Assembly (NCBI GenBank): GCA_014905635.1
Contig: JABVCE010000002.1
Span: 1,612,001-1,676,000 of the forward strand
Direction of reading: 5' to 3'
DNA from: Scenedesmus sp. PABB004
Taxonomy: Eukaryota
DNA: 64,000 nt
Positions 1 to 12,695 of the stretch are shown piece after piece. The position numbers were made by a program, and so were the translations under genes. Each line of letters starts with the position of its first letter. Position 1 is the first letter of the stretch. The notes under the pieces are model-generated. The model saw nothing but the letters and a program-made list of their open reading frames with translations. It was not told where the DNA came from and searched no databases.

Positions 1-1359
1 GCGGCGGCGGCATCGCGCCCGCGGTCCCGGCTGTGGCCGCGTGCTGCGCCTGCTGCTGCGCCTGCTGCTGCGCCTGCTGCTGCGCCTGCTGCTGCGCCTG
101 CTGCTGCGCCTGCTGCTGCATCTGCGCCTGCAGCTGCGCTTGCTGGTGCTGCTGCATCTGCGCCTGCTGTTGCATCTGCGCCTGCTGCGCCTGCTGCTGC
201 GCCTGCTGCAGTTGCGCCTGTTGGTGGGCCTCCAGCGCCTGCTGCGCCTGCACCTGGAGGGCGTGCGCGTGCTGCGCCTGCTGCGCCACGCCCGCGGAGC
301 CCGCCGGGCACTGCAGCGACAGGCCGTCAAACACTGGCAGCTCGCCGGGCACTGCGGGCGGCGGCGTGCCCTGCTGCACAAGCCCGGGCCCGGGGCCAGG
401 CGTGCTGTGCCGCGACGCCCCGGGCGAGCCGCCAGTCGGCTGGTGCAAGGAGCCGCCGCCGCTGCGGTCGAGCGGCTGCTGGTGGTGCTGGACGGGCGGC
501 GCCGCCACTGCCAGCTGGTGCTCGGCTGCCAGCAGCTGCTGCTGCGCCTGGGCCGCCTGCTGCGCCTGCTGAGCCTGCGCCACCTGCTGCACCTGTAGCA
601 GCAGGTCGTGCAGCGGTTCTGCAGCGTTGAGGGGCTGGCCGGCCACGACTGCCTGTTGGAGCTGCTGCTGCTGCTGCTGCTGCTGCCCAAACTGCTGCTG
701 GAGCTGCTGCTGCTGGAGCTGCTGCTGCTGGAGCTGCTGCTGCTGGAGCTGCTGCTGGAGCTGCTGCTGCTGGAGCTGCTGCTGCTGGAGCTGCTGCTGC
801 TGGAGCTGCTGCTGCTGCTGGTGCTGCAGTGCCTGCTGCAAGGCCTGCTGCTGCTGCTGGTGCTGCAGCACCTGCTGGAAGGCCTGTTGCTGCTGGTGCT
901 GGTGCTGCTGGTGCTGCTGCTGCTGCTGCTGGTGCAACGCCTGCTGCTGCTGGTGCCGCAGCACGATGGCGCCCTGCTCTTCCACGCTGCAGTACTGCAG
1001 CGGCGCCGGCTGCAGCTGCGGCATGGGCTGCAGAGCCATCTGCGGCGGCAGTAGGTCTGGCTCGGGGCCGTGTGATGGCAGGGTGCACTCCTGCCGCACC
1101 AGCACGCCGGCGCCGGATTCCCTGCCCTGCTGCAGCGCAGCCACGCCGTACGGGCCGCCGTACGCGTGCTGGACCGCCACCAGCTGCACCTGCTGCTGCG
1201 GGGCGCCGCTGCCCCCGCGCTGCCACTGCTGCGCCGCCTGCTGCTGCTGCAGCACATGCGCCTGCTGGGCCGCCATCTGCTGGTGCGCCGCCATCTGCTG
1301 CTGCGCCGCCATCTGCTGCTGCTGGGCCGCCATCTGCTGCTGCTGCTGCTGCTGCTGCT

Positions 1360-1407
<48 letters not shown>

Positions 1408-2167
1408 TGTGCTGCTGCGCCACCATCGCATGCTGCAGCTGGCGCTGGGGCGTGTAGGGCTGCTGCGGCTGCTGGCCGCCCAGCCTGATTGCGACCGCGC
1501 CGCCGTGCTGCGCCGCCGCGGCCTGCTGCGCAGCGTACGCGCCCTGCGCCGCCGCCTGCTGGTGCTCCAGCTGCTGCTGAAGCTGCGCCTGCGCCTGCAG
1601 CGAGTGCTGCAGCGCGTGCAGCGCGAGCGCCTGCTGCTGCGGGTGCTGCGCGCCAGACGCGAGCGTGAGCTGCCCGCCGTCCGCGTACTGCTGCTGCGCG
1701 GCGTCGCCGGGCTGCGAAATCACCACCAGCGGCACGCCGGCCTTGGCCTGCAGCGCCTGGGGGGCGCCCGGCTGCGCCAGGCGCGACTGCGCCGGCGGGG
1801 CGCCGTGCTGCTGCTGCTGCTGCATCGCGCCGCCGGTGCTGCTGGGCTGATCCAGCAGCTCCACCGACCCCTGCCCGGCCAGGGGCGAGCCGACGCCCTT
1901 GGATCCCGCAAAGGACGCGATGTCGCGCGTGGCCTTGCGCTTGAGGGCGAGCACCGCGAGCGGGGCCCGGGGCGCCTGCTCCCTGCTCGCCGCGCAGCTG
2001 CCGGGCGCCGTGAACAGGCGGCTCTCCAGGTCCACCAGGCCCACCTCGTCGTCGTCCTTCTTCGCCAGGGGCAGCGGGCGGCGCTCGGGGAAGCAAATGA
2101 GCCACGCCTCCTTGCAATCGCGCCACTGGCTCTTCAGGCTCGCCCAGCACCGGCTGCACCCGTCCAT
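1..2167 (-). CDS. Gln/Ala-rich low-complexity protein of unknown function, runs off the window start
   Basis: ATG at 2167 (minus) just after a TGCAG acceptor; reads MDGCSRCWASLKSQWRDCKEAWLICFPERRPLPLAKKDDDEVGLVDLESRLF then long poly-Q/QQAQ tracts. The plus-strand poly-Leu ORFs at 41, 608 and 1166 are its exact antisense frame. Confidence 0.6.
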
Positions 2168-2644
2168 GACCTGCACAGTGACGCGAGGGGCACCACCGCG
2201 CGCGGGCTGTCGGTGCGGCGCGGCATTCGGCGCAGGCTCGCCGAACAGTGGCCGGGCGCAGCGTTCGTTGCCTGCGGAGTGCCGGGCGCAGGGCTCCGCT
2301 TTCGGCTGGAGCAGTGGGGGCGCGGGCGCGCGGCCGCGGGAGGCGGGCCCGACGGCAGAGGGCGCAGGTCGGTTGCGCCGCCGGCTCCGGCGACGACGCT
2401 GTTGGCGTGGCGTGCGGCAGCTGCAGAGGGCTGCCGGGCCCGACTGGCCCTGATGCGTTGAAGGCCCTCGCCCCGCCCGGCGCGACCCAGCCGTCGGCGC
2501 CGGCCGCCCGCCGGGCGCGGCCGGGGCGCGGGCGGCGGGGCCCTGCCGGCGGGGGCGCAGCGGCGGCGGCGATACCGGCGCCCGGCCCCTCCCGCCACAG
2601 CACAGGCGGCTCGTGCGGAGCAGGCCAGAGTAGGCCGTCCCTGC

Positions 2645-2645
<1 letters not shown>

Positions 2646-2682
<37 letters not shown>
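2646..2682 (+). repeat. (CAG)n microsatellite just upstream of the WDR43 start codon
   Basis: About 12 consecutive CAG units. Confidence 0.85.
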
Positions 2683-2683
<1 letters not shown>

Positions 2684-2699
2684 GGCGGGCGTGCGCGGG

Positions 2700-5515
2700 A
2701 TGCTGCAGCCCCCTGCGCTGGAGGGGGTGATCGCCGCCTTCGGCGGCCAGCATGCCCTGTTCGCACTGGCGACGCCGGACGGCCGCCTGCGGGCCTACGA
2801 TGCCGGTGCGGCGCGCGCCATGATGCCGTGCCGGCCGCGCCCGCCAGCGCGCCAGGGGAGGCCGGGCGGCCGCGGCGCCGGCCGCATCCGGTCGGTATGC
2901 GCGCCGTCCCCCCTCCCGCCGCGGCTCGTGGCCGCCTGACGCCGCCTGGCGCCCGTGCGCCGCCCGCAGTGACGGGCCGCCTCCGCAGCACGCTCGCGAG
3001 CGGCGCGGGGGGCAAGAAGGGCGCGCCGGGGGCGGCGACGGACGGCCACTTGGTGGAGGGCTTCCAGTGCCTCGCCTGGGTGGACGGCCAGGTGCGCGCC
3101 GCCGGGCGCCGGCCGCGAGCCGCCGCTGCTGCGCGGCGCGGCGGCTCCGCGCGGCGGCTGCGCGTGGCGCCGGGTCCGCGGCGGTCGCGCGCCGCCGAAG
3201 GTGCCTGTCCCTCGCTCGCAGGAGGGCTCCGGCAAGGCGCGGGGCGGGCAGGCGCGCAGCTGGCTGGCGGTCGGCACGCGCGCCGGCGGAGTGAAGGTCT
3301 TTGACAGCGCCACGGGCGAGCTCAAATGGCAGGCCGACCACTGCAACGAGGGGTGAGCGGCGCTGCCGTGGAGGGGCGTGCGGCGCCGCGGCTGCGCGGC
3401 CGCGGCGCCCCGCAGCAGGGGGGGTGCCGACCGACCCCACCCCCGCCCCGCTCCGCCGCGCTGCAGGGGCGTGAAGTGCCTGGCCTTTGCGGCGAGCCGG
3501 GGCAGCAGCCTGCTTGCGAGCGGGCCGGACGGCCAGGTCTGCTGCCTGGAGGTGGCCAGCGGCAGCAAGCAGACGGCGTTCAAGGCCAGCAAGCGCGGCG
3601 TGAGCGCGGCGGCGCTGTCGACCGGTGAGCATGCGCGGCGGGGGGGGCGGCGCACCGCGGCGAGCGCCGCGAGCCCGACCGCTTCACCCCGCCCCCCGCT
3701 GCGCCGCTGCCAGACGGCTCCAAGCTGCTGGTGGGCAGCTCCAGCCTGAGCCTGTGGGACGTGGCCAGCGAGCAGCGTATCGCCAAGTTCACGGGACACC
3801 CGGTGAGCCGCCGGGCGGCGCGCTGCGCCGCGCAGGGCCGCCGGCCCGCGCTTTGCCGCTGACCAGCCCGCCCCCGCCCGTCCCCGCCCGCCCCAGCTGC
3901 CCGTGCGTGCGCTCGCATTTGCGCCCAGCGGCGCCCACGCGCTGTCGGCGGCGGAGGGCGAGCGCCTGGTGGCGGTGTGGGCCACGCCCAGCGCCAAGGC
4001 CGCCGGCGGCCGCAAACGCGGCGGCGGTGCGTGCGCCAGCCTGGCGGTGGAGCAGCCGGTGGTGGCGCTGACCACGGCGGCCGCCGAGCACGAGGGCCCC
4101 GGCTGCTTCTACGCCGCCGCCACGACCGAGGCGGGCGAGGCTTACGTGTGGATCGTGCGGGCGGCTGGCGACGGCCCGCCCACGAGCCAGCAGCTCGCGC
4201 GCGTGGCGGTGGGGCCCAAGGGCGGCGGCAGCGGCGAGTGTGTGCTCGCGGCCGCGCTGGAGCCGGCTGCGGAGGGTGAGCGCGCGGCTGGGGCTGGTGG
4301 GCGGGCGCCTGCGGGCGCGACCCGCCCGGCAGGGAGGGTGGAGCGGCAGCGTGCCCGCACCCACGCCGCGCGCCCCGCTGATCGCCCTGCTGCCCGCCCG
4401 CCGCAGGCGTGACGCTGCTGGCCGTGGTGGGCACGGCCGCGCGGCCGCGCTTTGAGCGCCTGCCTGTGAGCCCCGCCGGCAGCACCAAGGTGACGCACCT
4501 GGCGCCGGCGGCGGCCGACGGGCTCATCAAGCGCGCGGGCGGCGCAGCAGCGGCCGCGGCCAACGGGCAGCTGCCAGGCAGCGGCGCCGCAGGCGCGGCG
4601 CGGGACGCCGCCATGCTGGGGCCGGACAACGCGGGCGAGGCGGTGCAGCAGCGGCAGGCGGGTGCGAGCAAAAGCAGCCGGAAGCGGCTGGAGCCGGAGC
4701 CGGACGGCCTGGCGGGCGGCGCGGCGGCGGAGGCCATGGACGAGGACGACGGGGAGGAGGAGGAGGAGCTGGCCGGCGGCGAGCCGACGCTCGGGCAGCG
4801 CGTCGCGGACCTGGAGCAGCAGGCGCAGGCGGCGCAGCAGGCGCAGGCGGCGCAGCAGGAGCAGCCGACGCAGCCGCAGGAGATGCCGCCGGGGCCGATC
4901 AAGGCCGACTCGCTGGGCGTGCTGCTGGCGCAGGCGCTGCGCGCGGGCGACGCAGCGCTGCTGGAGCAGTGCCTGGGCGTCGCGCAGGAGCGGGTCATCG
5001 CCGCGAGCGTGAGGCGCCTCGCGCCCCTCGACGCGGCGCTGCTGCTCCGCGCCGCGGTGGAGCGGCTGCAGAGCCGGCCGTCGCGCGGGCGGCAGCTCGC
5101 GGCGTGGATCCACGCCGTGCTGCTGCACCACACCGCCTACCTGCTCTCCGCGCCGGGCGCCACGCCGCTGCTGAGCGGGCTGTACCAGATCATCGAGGCG
5201 CGGCTCGCGGTGCAGCGCCAGCTGCTCTCGCTCTCGGGCCGCCTCGAGCTGCTGCTGGCGCAGGGCGGCGGCGCGCCCGGCGGCGACGCCGGCGCCGGCG
5301 ACGAGGCCGGCGCCGGCGCCGGCGCCGCGCCGCGCGTGGCGTACGAGGAGAGCGACAGCGAGGCGGAGGTGGAGGTCGTGGACGCCGCGGGCGGCGGCGA
5401 CGCCGACTCGGACGACGGCTGGGTCACGGACGAGGACGAGGACGACGCCAGCGATGGCAGCGGGCAGGAGGAGGGCAGCGACGACGACGAGGAGGACGAG
5501 GATGACGAGGAGTGA
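2700..5515 (+). CDS. WDR43: WD-repeat protein 43 / Utp5 (SSU processome), multi-exon
   Basis: N-terminal WD40 exons (DGRLRAYDA, SLSLWDVASEQRIAKFTGHP). C-terminal Utp12-type domain (ADSLGVLLAQALRAGDAALLEQCL...WIHAVLLHHTAYL...LYQIIEARL...LLSLSGRLELL) and an acidic tail. Confidence 0.85.
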
Positions 5516-5766
5516 GGCGCTGCAGCGGCGGCTGGCACGGCCCGCGGCCGCCGCGCGGTGAAACGCGGCTCACCAGCGGCGACCGCCGCGCGCGAGGTGC
5601 CGCCGCGCGCCCCAGCCCACACACTCCGGCCCGCCCCAGCCCCACACCGCGACTCGCCAGCCGTCGCCAGCCGTGCGCGAGCCCGCTCAGCAGCACGCCC
5701 GCGCCCGCCATCAGCCGCGCCTCTCCTTGCGCGGGCGCCCTGCGCGTGGACGGTCTGCGCGCAGCC

Positions 5767-7061
5767 ATGTGAGCGTCTGGGGCATCCATGCGTCGCGGCG
5801 CCGGCCTGCGTGGGCGCCCATGCTCGCCAGCCGCCGCGGCCCGCTGCTGCCGCCCGCCGCAGCCGCCGACCGCGCGCCGCCGCCGCAGGGGGCCCATCCT
5901 AGCGAACGCGCGGATTGACATGAGGTGCGCGCTGCGCCCCCATGCGCCGCCGCCGGGGGCGCCACGGCCGCGGCGGCCGCCGACGCGCCGCGCCGCCGCG
6001 CCGCCGCCGCGGGGCGCCGCAGCCACCAGGAGATGACGCGCATCGTTGGCCACCTGGAGGAGATGTGGGAGGGCTACACCCAGGACGGCGAGGGCAACCC
6101 CAACGGCTGCGAGTGGCTGCCGGTCGCGGCGGTGGCCAACCTCATGTGCCAGGAGCTGGGCTACGAGGACGAGCCCGAGTTTGAGGACGCGCTCAAGAGC
6201 AGCTTCGAGGAGTTCCTGGACAAGCTCCCGCACGCGCGCAAGAAGGAGGAGAACGGCCGGTGCGCGCGCGGCGGCCGGCGGACACGCAGCCGGCGGCGCC
6301 GCCGGCCCAAGCCGGGCCGCAGCCGGCCCGCGGCCCGCCGCCCTGCCGCGCACCGCCCAACGCGCGCACCGCCGCGCCGCCGCCGCCGCCGCGGGCGCAG
6401 GCTGTTCTTCCAGCTGCGGCCCGACCCGCCGCGCAGCGCGTGGCGCGGCAAGAAGATGACGGTCAAGATCAACGCCATCAGCGACCTCTGGCGCGTGTGC
6501 CTCAAGTCGCAGCACGCGCGCATCGAGATCCCGGAGCTCGAGTTTGAGATCAGCGCCGACGGCAAGCGCCACACCGACAGCATCTACAACCACATCGGCG
6601 CCGCGTGCTACAACCTGGGGAACTACGCCGGCATGCCCGGCACGGGGCTCAGCGAGGACCACAAGCACAAGATCATGGACACGGCACGCGCGCGCGCCGC
6701 GCCGCGCTGGGACGCGGCCGCCACCGGCAGCCGCGCCGGTCGCGCGGCGCGCGGCGGCGGCTGCCGGGCGCCGCCGCTGAGCGGCGCCGCCGACCCGCCC
6801 CCGCCCTCCCTCTCCCGCCGTGCGCTGCGCTGCGCTGCGCTGCGCCAGGTGATCGCGCTGAACTGCTTCCTGGACGTGCCGGTGACGTGGACGTGGGTCG
6901 TGCACGACCCGTCGGGGCAGTCGGAGTTCAAGCCCATGGACGACAGCGTGCTGGTGGAGTGGGACGACGGCGGCGCCGCGCCCGCGGACGCGCAGCAGGA
7001 CGGGCAGCAGGCGCAGCCGGCGGCGGGCGAGCAGCAGCAGCAGCAGGAAGCGCAGCAGTAG
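5767..7061 (+). CDS. ZPR1 A/B-domain-like protein without the zinc finger, multi-exon
   Basis: Introns at 5769-5888, 5925-6022, ~6260-6400 and 6684-6848. Motifs DLWRVCLKSQHARIEIPELEFEI and WTWVVHDPSGQSEF resemble the ZPR1 KSxxAxIxIPELxLEI and LxxxDPSGNS motifs. Confidence 0.65.
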
Positions 7062-7287
7062 CGGCGTGCGGACGGTTTAACACAGCGCAGTGTTTACAGA
7101 CCCCGGGGGCCCAATCGATCACGGGCCGGCGGCGGCGGGCGGGCGCACGTGGCAGTGTCAGCGGGACGCGTGCCTGACGCGCGCCCGACGCGCAACCGCC
7201 ATTGGCGCGGCCAAATGCTGCTGCACTTCACCCGGCTGCTGCACCCGGCTGCTGCACCCACCGCCCGCACACGCGCGCGAATCACTG

Positions 7288-7374
7288 AACCCCACGTGCT
7301 GCTTCACGCTGCGCTCATAGAACAGCGGCAACCCCACGTGCTGCTTCACGCTGCGCTCATAGAACAGCGGCAAC
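7288..7374. repeat. 42-bp direct tandem duplication between convergent genes
   Basis: AACCCCACGTGCTGCTTCACGCTGCGCTCATAGAACAGCGGC occurs twice in tandem. Confidence 0.85.
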
Positions 7375-7632
7375 AGTGGCGCCGACCAGCAATCGTGCCG
7401 GTCCCGCGCCTGGTTGCTCCGGGCAGTGGCTGCAAGCCGCGCTCCCCCGACCGTGCGCCACCGCTCGTCTTGCCCACACACCCGCGCGCACTGCTGCAGT
7501 GCCCGTGCATCCGGAGCCGCGCCGCGCCGCGCCACACGCCCACCCGCGCCACGCCTGCCCCCTCCACTACACCGCAGCAGCGCCCGGGCAGGCAGGCAGG
7601 CAGGCAGGCGCGCCCAGCCCATGCGGCGAGGG

Positions 7633-9404
7633 TCACAGGGGGCCGGTCGTGAGCGCGACCATGCCCATGATGCGCTCCAGCTGCGGCCAGTGGCTGCGCT
7701 CCAGCCACGCCAGCCCCGCCGCGAGACTCGCGGCGGCGTCGCTGCGCTCGGACGCACCGGGCTCCGCACGCCCGGCGGCGGCGGCGCCGCCCTCGGCACC
7801 AGCGTCGTCGCCGTCGCCGGCGGGCGTGCGCGGGAGCAAGGCCTCCACGGAGCTGCTGCCGGCGCGTGCCAGCTGCGTCACGTACCGTGAGTACGAGTCC
7901 AGCGCGCCCGCTGTGCTGACGGAGGCCGCGCGGTCGCCTGCCTGCGAGGCCGCCTGGGCGCCGCCTGCGCCGGGCGGCCACGCTTCGCCGCCGCCCTGCG
8001 CCGCGGGCGTCGGCTGCGGGCTGCGCGGCCGCTGCGCCGCCGCCTGTGCCTCCGCCAGCAGGCGCGCGAGGCCGGCGGCCAGCGCGTAGCGCACGCCCGG
8101 CACCGCGTCGCTGGCCAGCTCCTCCAGCCGGTCGAGCAGCTGGCCCGCCTGCCCCGGCGTGAGCGTGTCGTGGCACGAGGCCAGCAGGCCGAGCGCCAGG
8201 GGCACGAACAGCGCGCGCGAGTGGTGGCCGGCGCTGCAACCAAAGTGGCTCAGCAGGCACGCGACGTACTCGCCTGGCGCCGCATTGGCGGGGTCGGGCA
8301 GGCCCCGGTCAAAGCCGCCCTGCGCGCCGCCGTCGCCGAGCACCAGCGCCGGCTGCACGCGCTCGGGCAGGCTGGTGCTGCTGCTGTGCCGCCGGTGCCG
8401 GCGCGCGGCGGCCTCGACCTTCAGCAGGTCGCCCGCAGACCGGGCGCGCAGCGCGCTGCCCGCGCGCGCGCCATGCGGCGTGGCGACGGGCGCAGAGCGC
8501 TGCGCGCCCACGGGCGCCATGGCCGGGTGGCCCACTGGCATCATTGCCGGGTGCACCAGAGCCGGGTGGGCCATCGCGGGGTGCACAGGGCCGCCTGGCG
8601 AGCGCCCCGGCGGCGCCGGCGGCGGCTGCGCATGCTGCGCCTGCTGTGCCTGCTGCGCCTGCCGCGCCGCCGGATCCTGCGTGCCAAAGCCGGGCCGCTG
8701 CTGCTGTTCCTGCTGGCCCTGCGGGCGCAGGGCGTGAGCGCAGCTCGCCTCATCGACCCGCTCATCGCTGCTGCACGAGCTGCAGCTGCCGTCGCTGTCG
8801 GCGCCGTTGCTGTCGCTGTCGCTGCCGCTGCTGCTGCCACCGCTGGTGCTGCTGCTGCTGCCGCCGCCGTTGGTGCTGCTGCTGCCGCCGCCACTGTTCT
8901 CGTCAGCGCCGTCGACGCCGCCGGCCTTGCCGCCCGCGGGCGCGCCGGCATGCGTGGCAAACCCGGTCGGCGCCGGCGCGAGCGCGCTGGGCAGGTCGAG
9001 CTCCAGGTCCAGGCTGCTGCGGCCGCCCAGGCGCTGGCCGTGGCCGGCACCGTCCAGCTGCTCGCTGAAGCTGCGCGGCCGGCCGCCCAGGCCCGCGCTC
9101 TCGCTGCTGGCCAGGACGGCGTGGAAGCGCACGCTGTAGCCGCCGCCCTTGGCTCTGCTCGCCGCGCCATCGCTGCCCTGCGCCGCAGGGACGCTGCCGC
9201 CTGCCTCGGCGCCGCACTCGGCGCTCGCGCCGGCGCTGGGCACGCCTGGGCTGGAGCAGGTGTCGCCCGTGCCCAAGGTGTCGTCGTCGCTGCACGGCGC
9301 CATGTTGTCGGCGCTCGTGGCCTTGGCGACGCCGAACCTCACGCGGCGCGGGGCGCGCGGTGCGCTGGACGGCTCTGCAGCGGTGTCGCTGCTCCTGCTG
9401 CTGG

Positions 9405-9450
<46 letters not shown>

Positions 9451-12348
9451 GCTGCTGGCGCAGCCGCTGTCGGCGCAGCAGTTGTCGGCGCAGCCCGCGC
9501 CGTCGTCGCCGTCGGCAGTGCCGGCTTTGGCAGTGTCGCCCTCGCCGGCGGTGCTGCCAACCGCGCCATCCGCGGCGCCCCGGGGGACGAGCAGCGACGG
9601 CGGCAGCGCCGCCAGCAGCGGCCCCACCTGCTCGGCCGCCGCTCCGCGCACAGCTGCCACGGGGTCGCAGCAGAGCGACATGGCGGCGGGCCAGAGCGAG
9701 TCTGTGATGGCCTCCGGCCCCACCGCCGCGGCCATGCGGCCCAGCTGCTGCGCGATGTCGCGCCGCAGGCGCCACGCGCGGCTGCGCTCGCCGCTGGCCC
9801 CCGTCAGCTGCTGGACAGCGCGCAGCAGCAGGTCCTGGCTGGAGGGCGGCAGCAGCTCCAGCAGGTCCGCCACCACGCCCACGAGCGCGCCCGACACCCA
9901 GCCCAGGTGCGACGTGACCAGGCCCGCCAGCGCTGGCAGCACGTCCTGCACCGTGATGGCCGGCCCCAGCGCGGGCACCAGCGTCGGCAGGCAGCGCACC
10001 AGCTCGCACAGGACCGCGGGGTCGCGCGACGTCTGCAGCGCCACCCACGCATCCCTGCACGCACGGCGGCGGCGGCGGCGGTCGGTGCGCTGCGTGCGGC
10101 GCAGACGCACAGCCGCGCAGCACTCTGGCGCTCCGGCGCACCTCATGTCGTGCCAGCGCTCCGGGCCGAGGCGCACCGCGAGCGGGCCAAAGTGCTGCGC
10201 GCAGCTGAGGGCGACGCTGATCTCGTAGATCACCACGCTGCTGCCGGCCATGCCGGTGAAGCGCCCCAGCAGCAGCGCGCCAACCTGGCACGCCGGCACC
10301 GCCAGCTCAAACGGCCCGAGCCCCGACATCGCCGCCACCTTGACCCAGTGCGAGCTGTCGGCGGTGAGCAGCTCCATGCACTGCCGCAGCGCGCACCAGC
10401 AGTCGTGCAGCAGCGGCGACGACTGCTCCAGCGCGCACGGCGGCCCCGCGGGCTCCGCCTTGCCGCCGTCGCCGTCGCCGTCGCCGCGCGCCGAGCTGCT
10501 GCGGCAGTCGTCACCAGGTGTGCCGGGCCGCGAGCCGCCGAGCGGCGTGTCGTCGCCGCCCAGCGTGCTCGCGGGCGGCATGCTGGTGCTGGTCGGCGAC
10601 GCCGGCGGGCTGCCGGCGGGCGACGCCGGCGCCGCGAGCAGGCTGTCGGTGATGAGGCTGCTGTGCATGGGGTGCTTGGTCATGATCTGGGCCGTCGTCG
10701 CGGAGCGCAGGCACGACGTCGAGCGTGCGTGGCGCCCGTGGATGCCCAGCCCGCCCGCGCCCGCGCCCAGCAGGTTGCTGCTCGACACGCTGCCCATCTC
10801 CGACGACAGCCGAATGGGCCGCAGGCAGCTGCCCGCCTTGGAGCAGCAGCGGCCAAACACCAGCGCCGCGTCGTCCTGCGGCGTCGGTCGCTGCCCCGGC
10901 TGCTGCGGCGGTCGCTGCCCCGGCTGCCCCGGCTGCCCCGACCGCTCCTGCTGCTCCTGCTGCTCCTGCGGTGACTGCAGCGCCCGTGGCAGCGGCGGCA
11001 GCGGCGCCGGCTGCCTGGGCGGCTCCTGCTGCTGCTGCAGCGCCGCCGCGAGGCGGGGTAGGTCGGCCGAGCAGGCGCGGCGCACGCGCCAGTTGCTGTC
11101 GCGGCAGAGCTGGTAGAAGAAGGGCAGCAGCAGCTGGTGGCTCAGCGCCAGCGGCATGGCCGCCACGATCAGGCTCATGCACGTGCTCACGCCCTGCACG
11201 CGCGCCGCGTCCACCGGCGCGGCGGCGCGTGAGCGAGGGCGCTGCACGCCGCGCGGGCGGGCGCGCGGGGGGCGGGCCGCGCGCCGCGCGCGCGCGGGCA
11301 CACGCACCTCGCGCACGGAGAAGTCGCGGTGGTTGGCCCAGCGGTTGATGTAGCGCGGCACGTGCCGCCGCAGCGCCTCGGGCGTCCAGCACGCGGCGGT
11401 GTGCGCGAGGAGCCGCACCGCCGCGAGCGCGCCGTCGTCGGTGCCGCGCTGCTCCAGGCGGTCCACCGCGCGCTTGCTCGCGGCCGTGGCTCGCGCGGGC
11501 GGCAACAGCTCGGCGAGCTGCTGGAACGCCAGCACGGCCGCCCGGGCGACCTCCTCCTCGTCGTCCAGCGCGCACTGCTGCGCGCAGACCAGCAGCACCG
11601 CCTCGACGTCGCGCAGGCTGCGCTCGGCGTCCTTGGCGTGCAGCGCCGCGCCTGCGACGCACGGCGCGCGCGGCGCGCCGTGTGAGGCTGCCAGCCAGCC
11701 AGCGACACCGCCGCGCAGCGCGGGCGCGCCGGCCAGGCGCGGCGCGCGCGCCGCACCGAGGCCGCGCAGCTGCGCCACTGCCACGCCGCGTATCTCCGGC
11801 TCGCCATCGCGCGCCAGCGCCTCCACCAGCGGCAGCAGCACCTCCACGCACTCGCCGTAGGGCGCGCCCTGCGCCGCGGCGGCGATGCCCTGCGCGGGGG
11901 CGGGCGGAGCGGCCGGCAGGGGCAGCAGCTCGCCGGCCCGCGCATGCCGGCGCGCGGCGCCAAGATGGGCGCACGATTCGCGCACTGCGGGGGACCCCAC
12001 CCACGATGGGCCGCGCCCGCAGCCGCGAAAGGGCCCGGGCGCGCGCGGGCGCGGCGATGGCGTGCGCACGCGGCCAGGGCGCCGCTCGAGCAAGCACCTG
12101 GGCAAACGCAAGCCTCTGGAATGCCTGTGAGCTGCGACAGTAGTGCTCGATGGCCGCCAGCGGGCTCTCGAGCTCCACAGCCTGCGATTGGCGGTGCGGC
12201 GTGCCGGCCGATGGGCGCGCCTGCCTCCCCGGCCCCCGGGCGCCGCCCACGCATCGTCCCGCACCTCGAAGAACGGGTTGTCCGGCCCCCCGAGCTCCTC
12301 CGCCGCCTCCTGGGCAAGCCTGCAGACCTCAGGGCTGCTGCCGAGCAT
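7633..12348 (-). CDS. HEAT-repeat protein phosphatase 4 regulatory subunit 1-like, multi-exon
   Basis: HEAT motifs LLLPFFYQLCRDSNWRVRRAC, LLTADSSHWVKVAAMSGLGPF, SCAQHFGPLAVRLGPERWHDMR, RAWRLRRDIAQQL and LCCDPVAAVR, in the order seen in PP4R1. Confidence 0.7.
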
Positions 12349-12695
12349 TTTGGCCCGCGTGTGCGCCCGTGCGGCGCGCCGTGCCTCACGCCATGCGCGG
12401 TGGGCGCACCGGAGAGCCGGGCGCGGGAGGCATGTGCGGCGGCAGCGGCGCCGCGGCGACTGGCGGCAGCCCTAGCCGCTGCGCCACCGCAGAGAGCCCC
12501 GCCACCGCGGCGCGCGGCGTGTGATCGGGGCCTGGCGGATGCCTGGCGGCGCCGGCACAGCTGCGACGCTGACCACGTGCTGAGCTGTGCAGCCGGCTCG
12601 CGCGCGCCACGGTCGCGGCGCGACGTCTTGCACGCGCCACGCCCGGCGGGCGGCAACCGCAACCCCGCCCCGCCCGTCCGGGGCCGCCGAATAGT

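Noticed and set aside
33..1457. Cys-rich metallothionein-like and poly-Leu plus-strand ORFs
   Set aside because: Antisense and shifted readings of the CAG-rich minus-strand gene.
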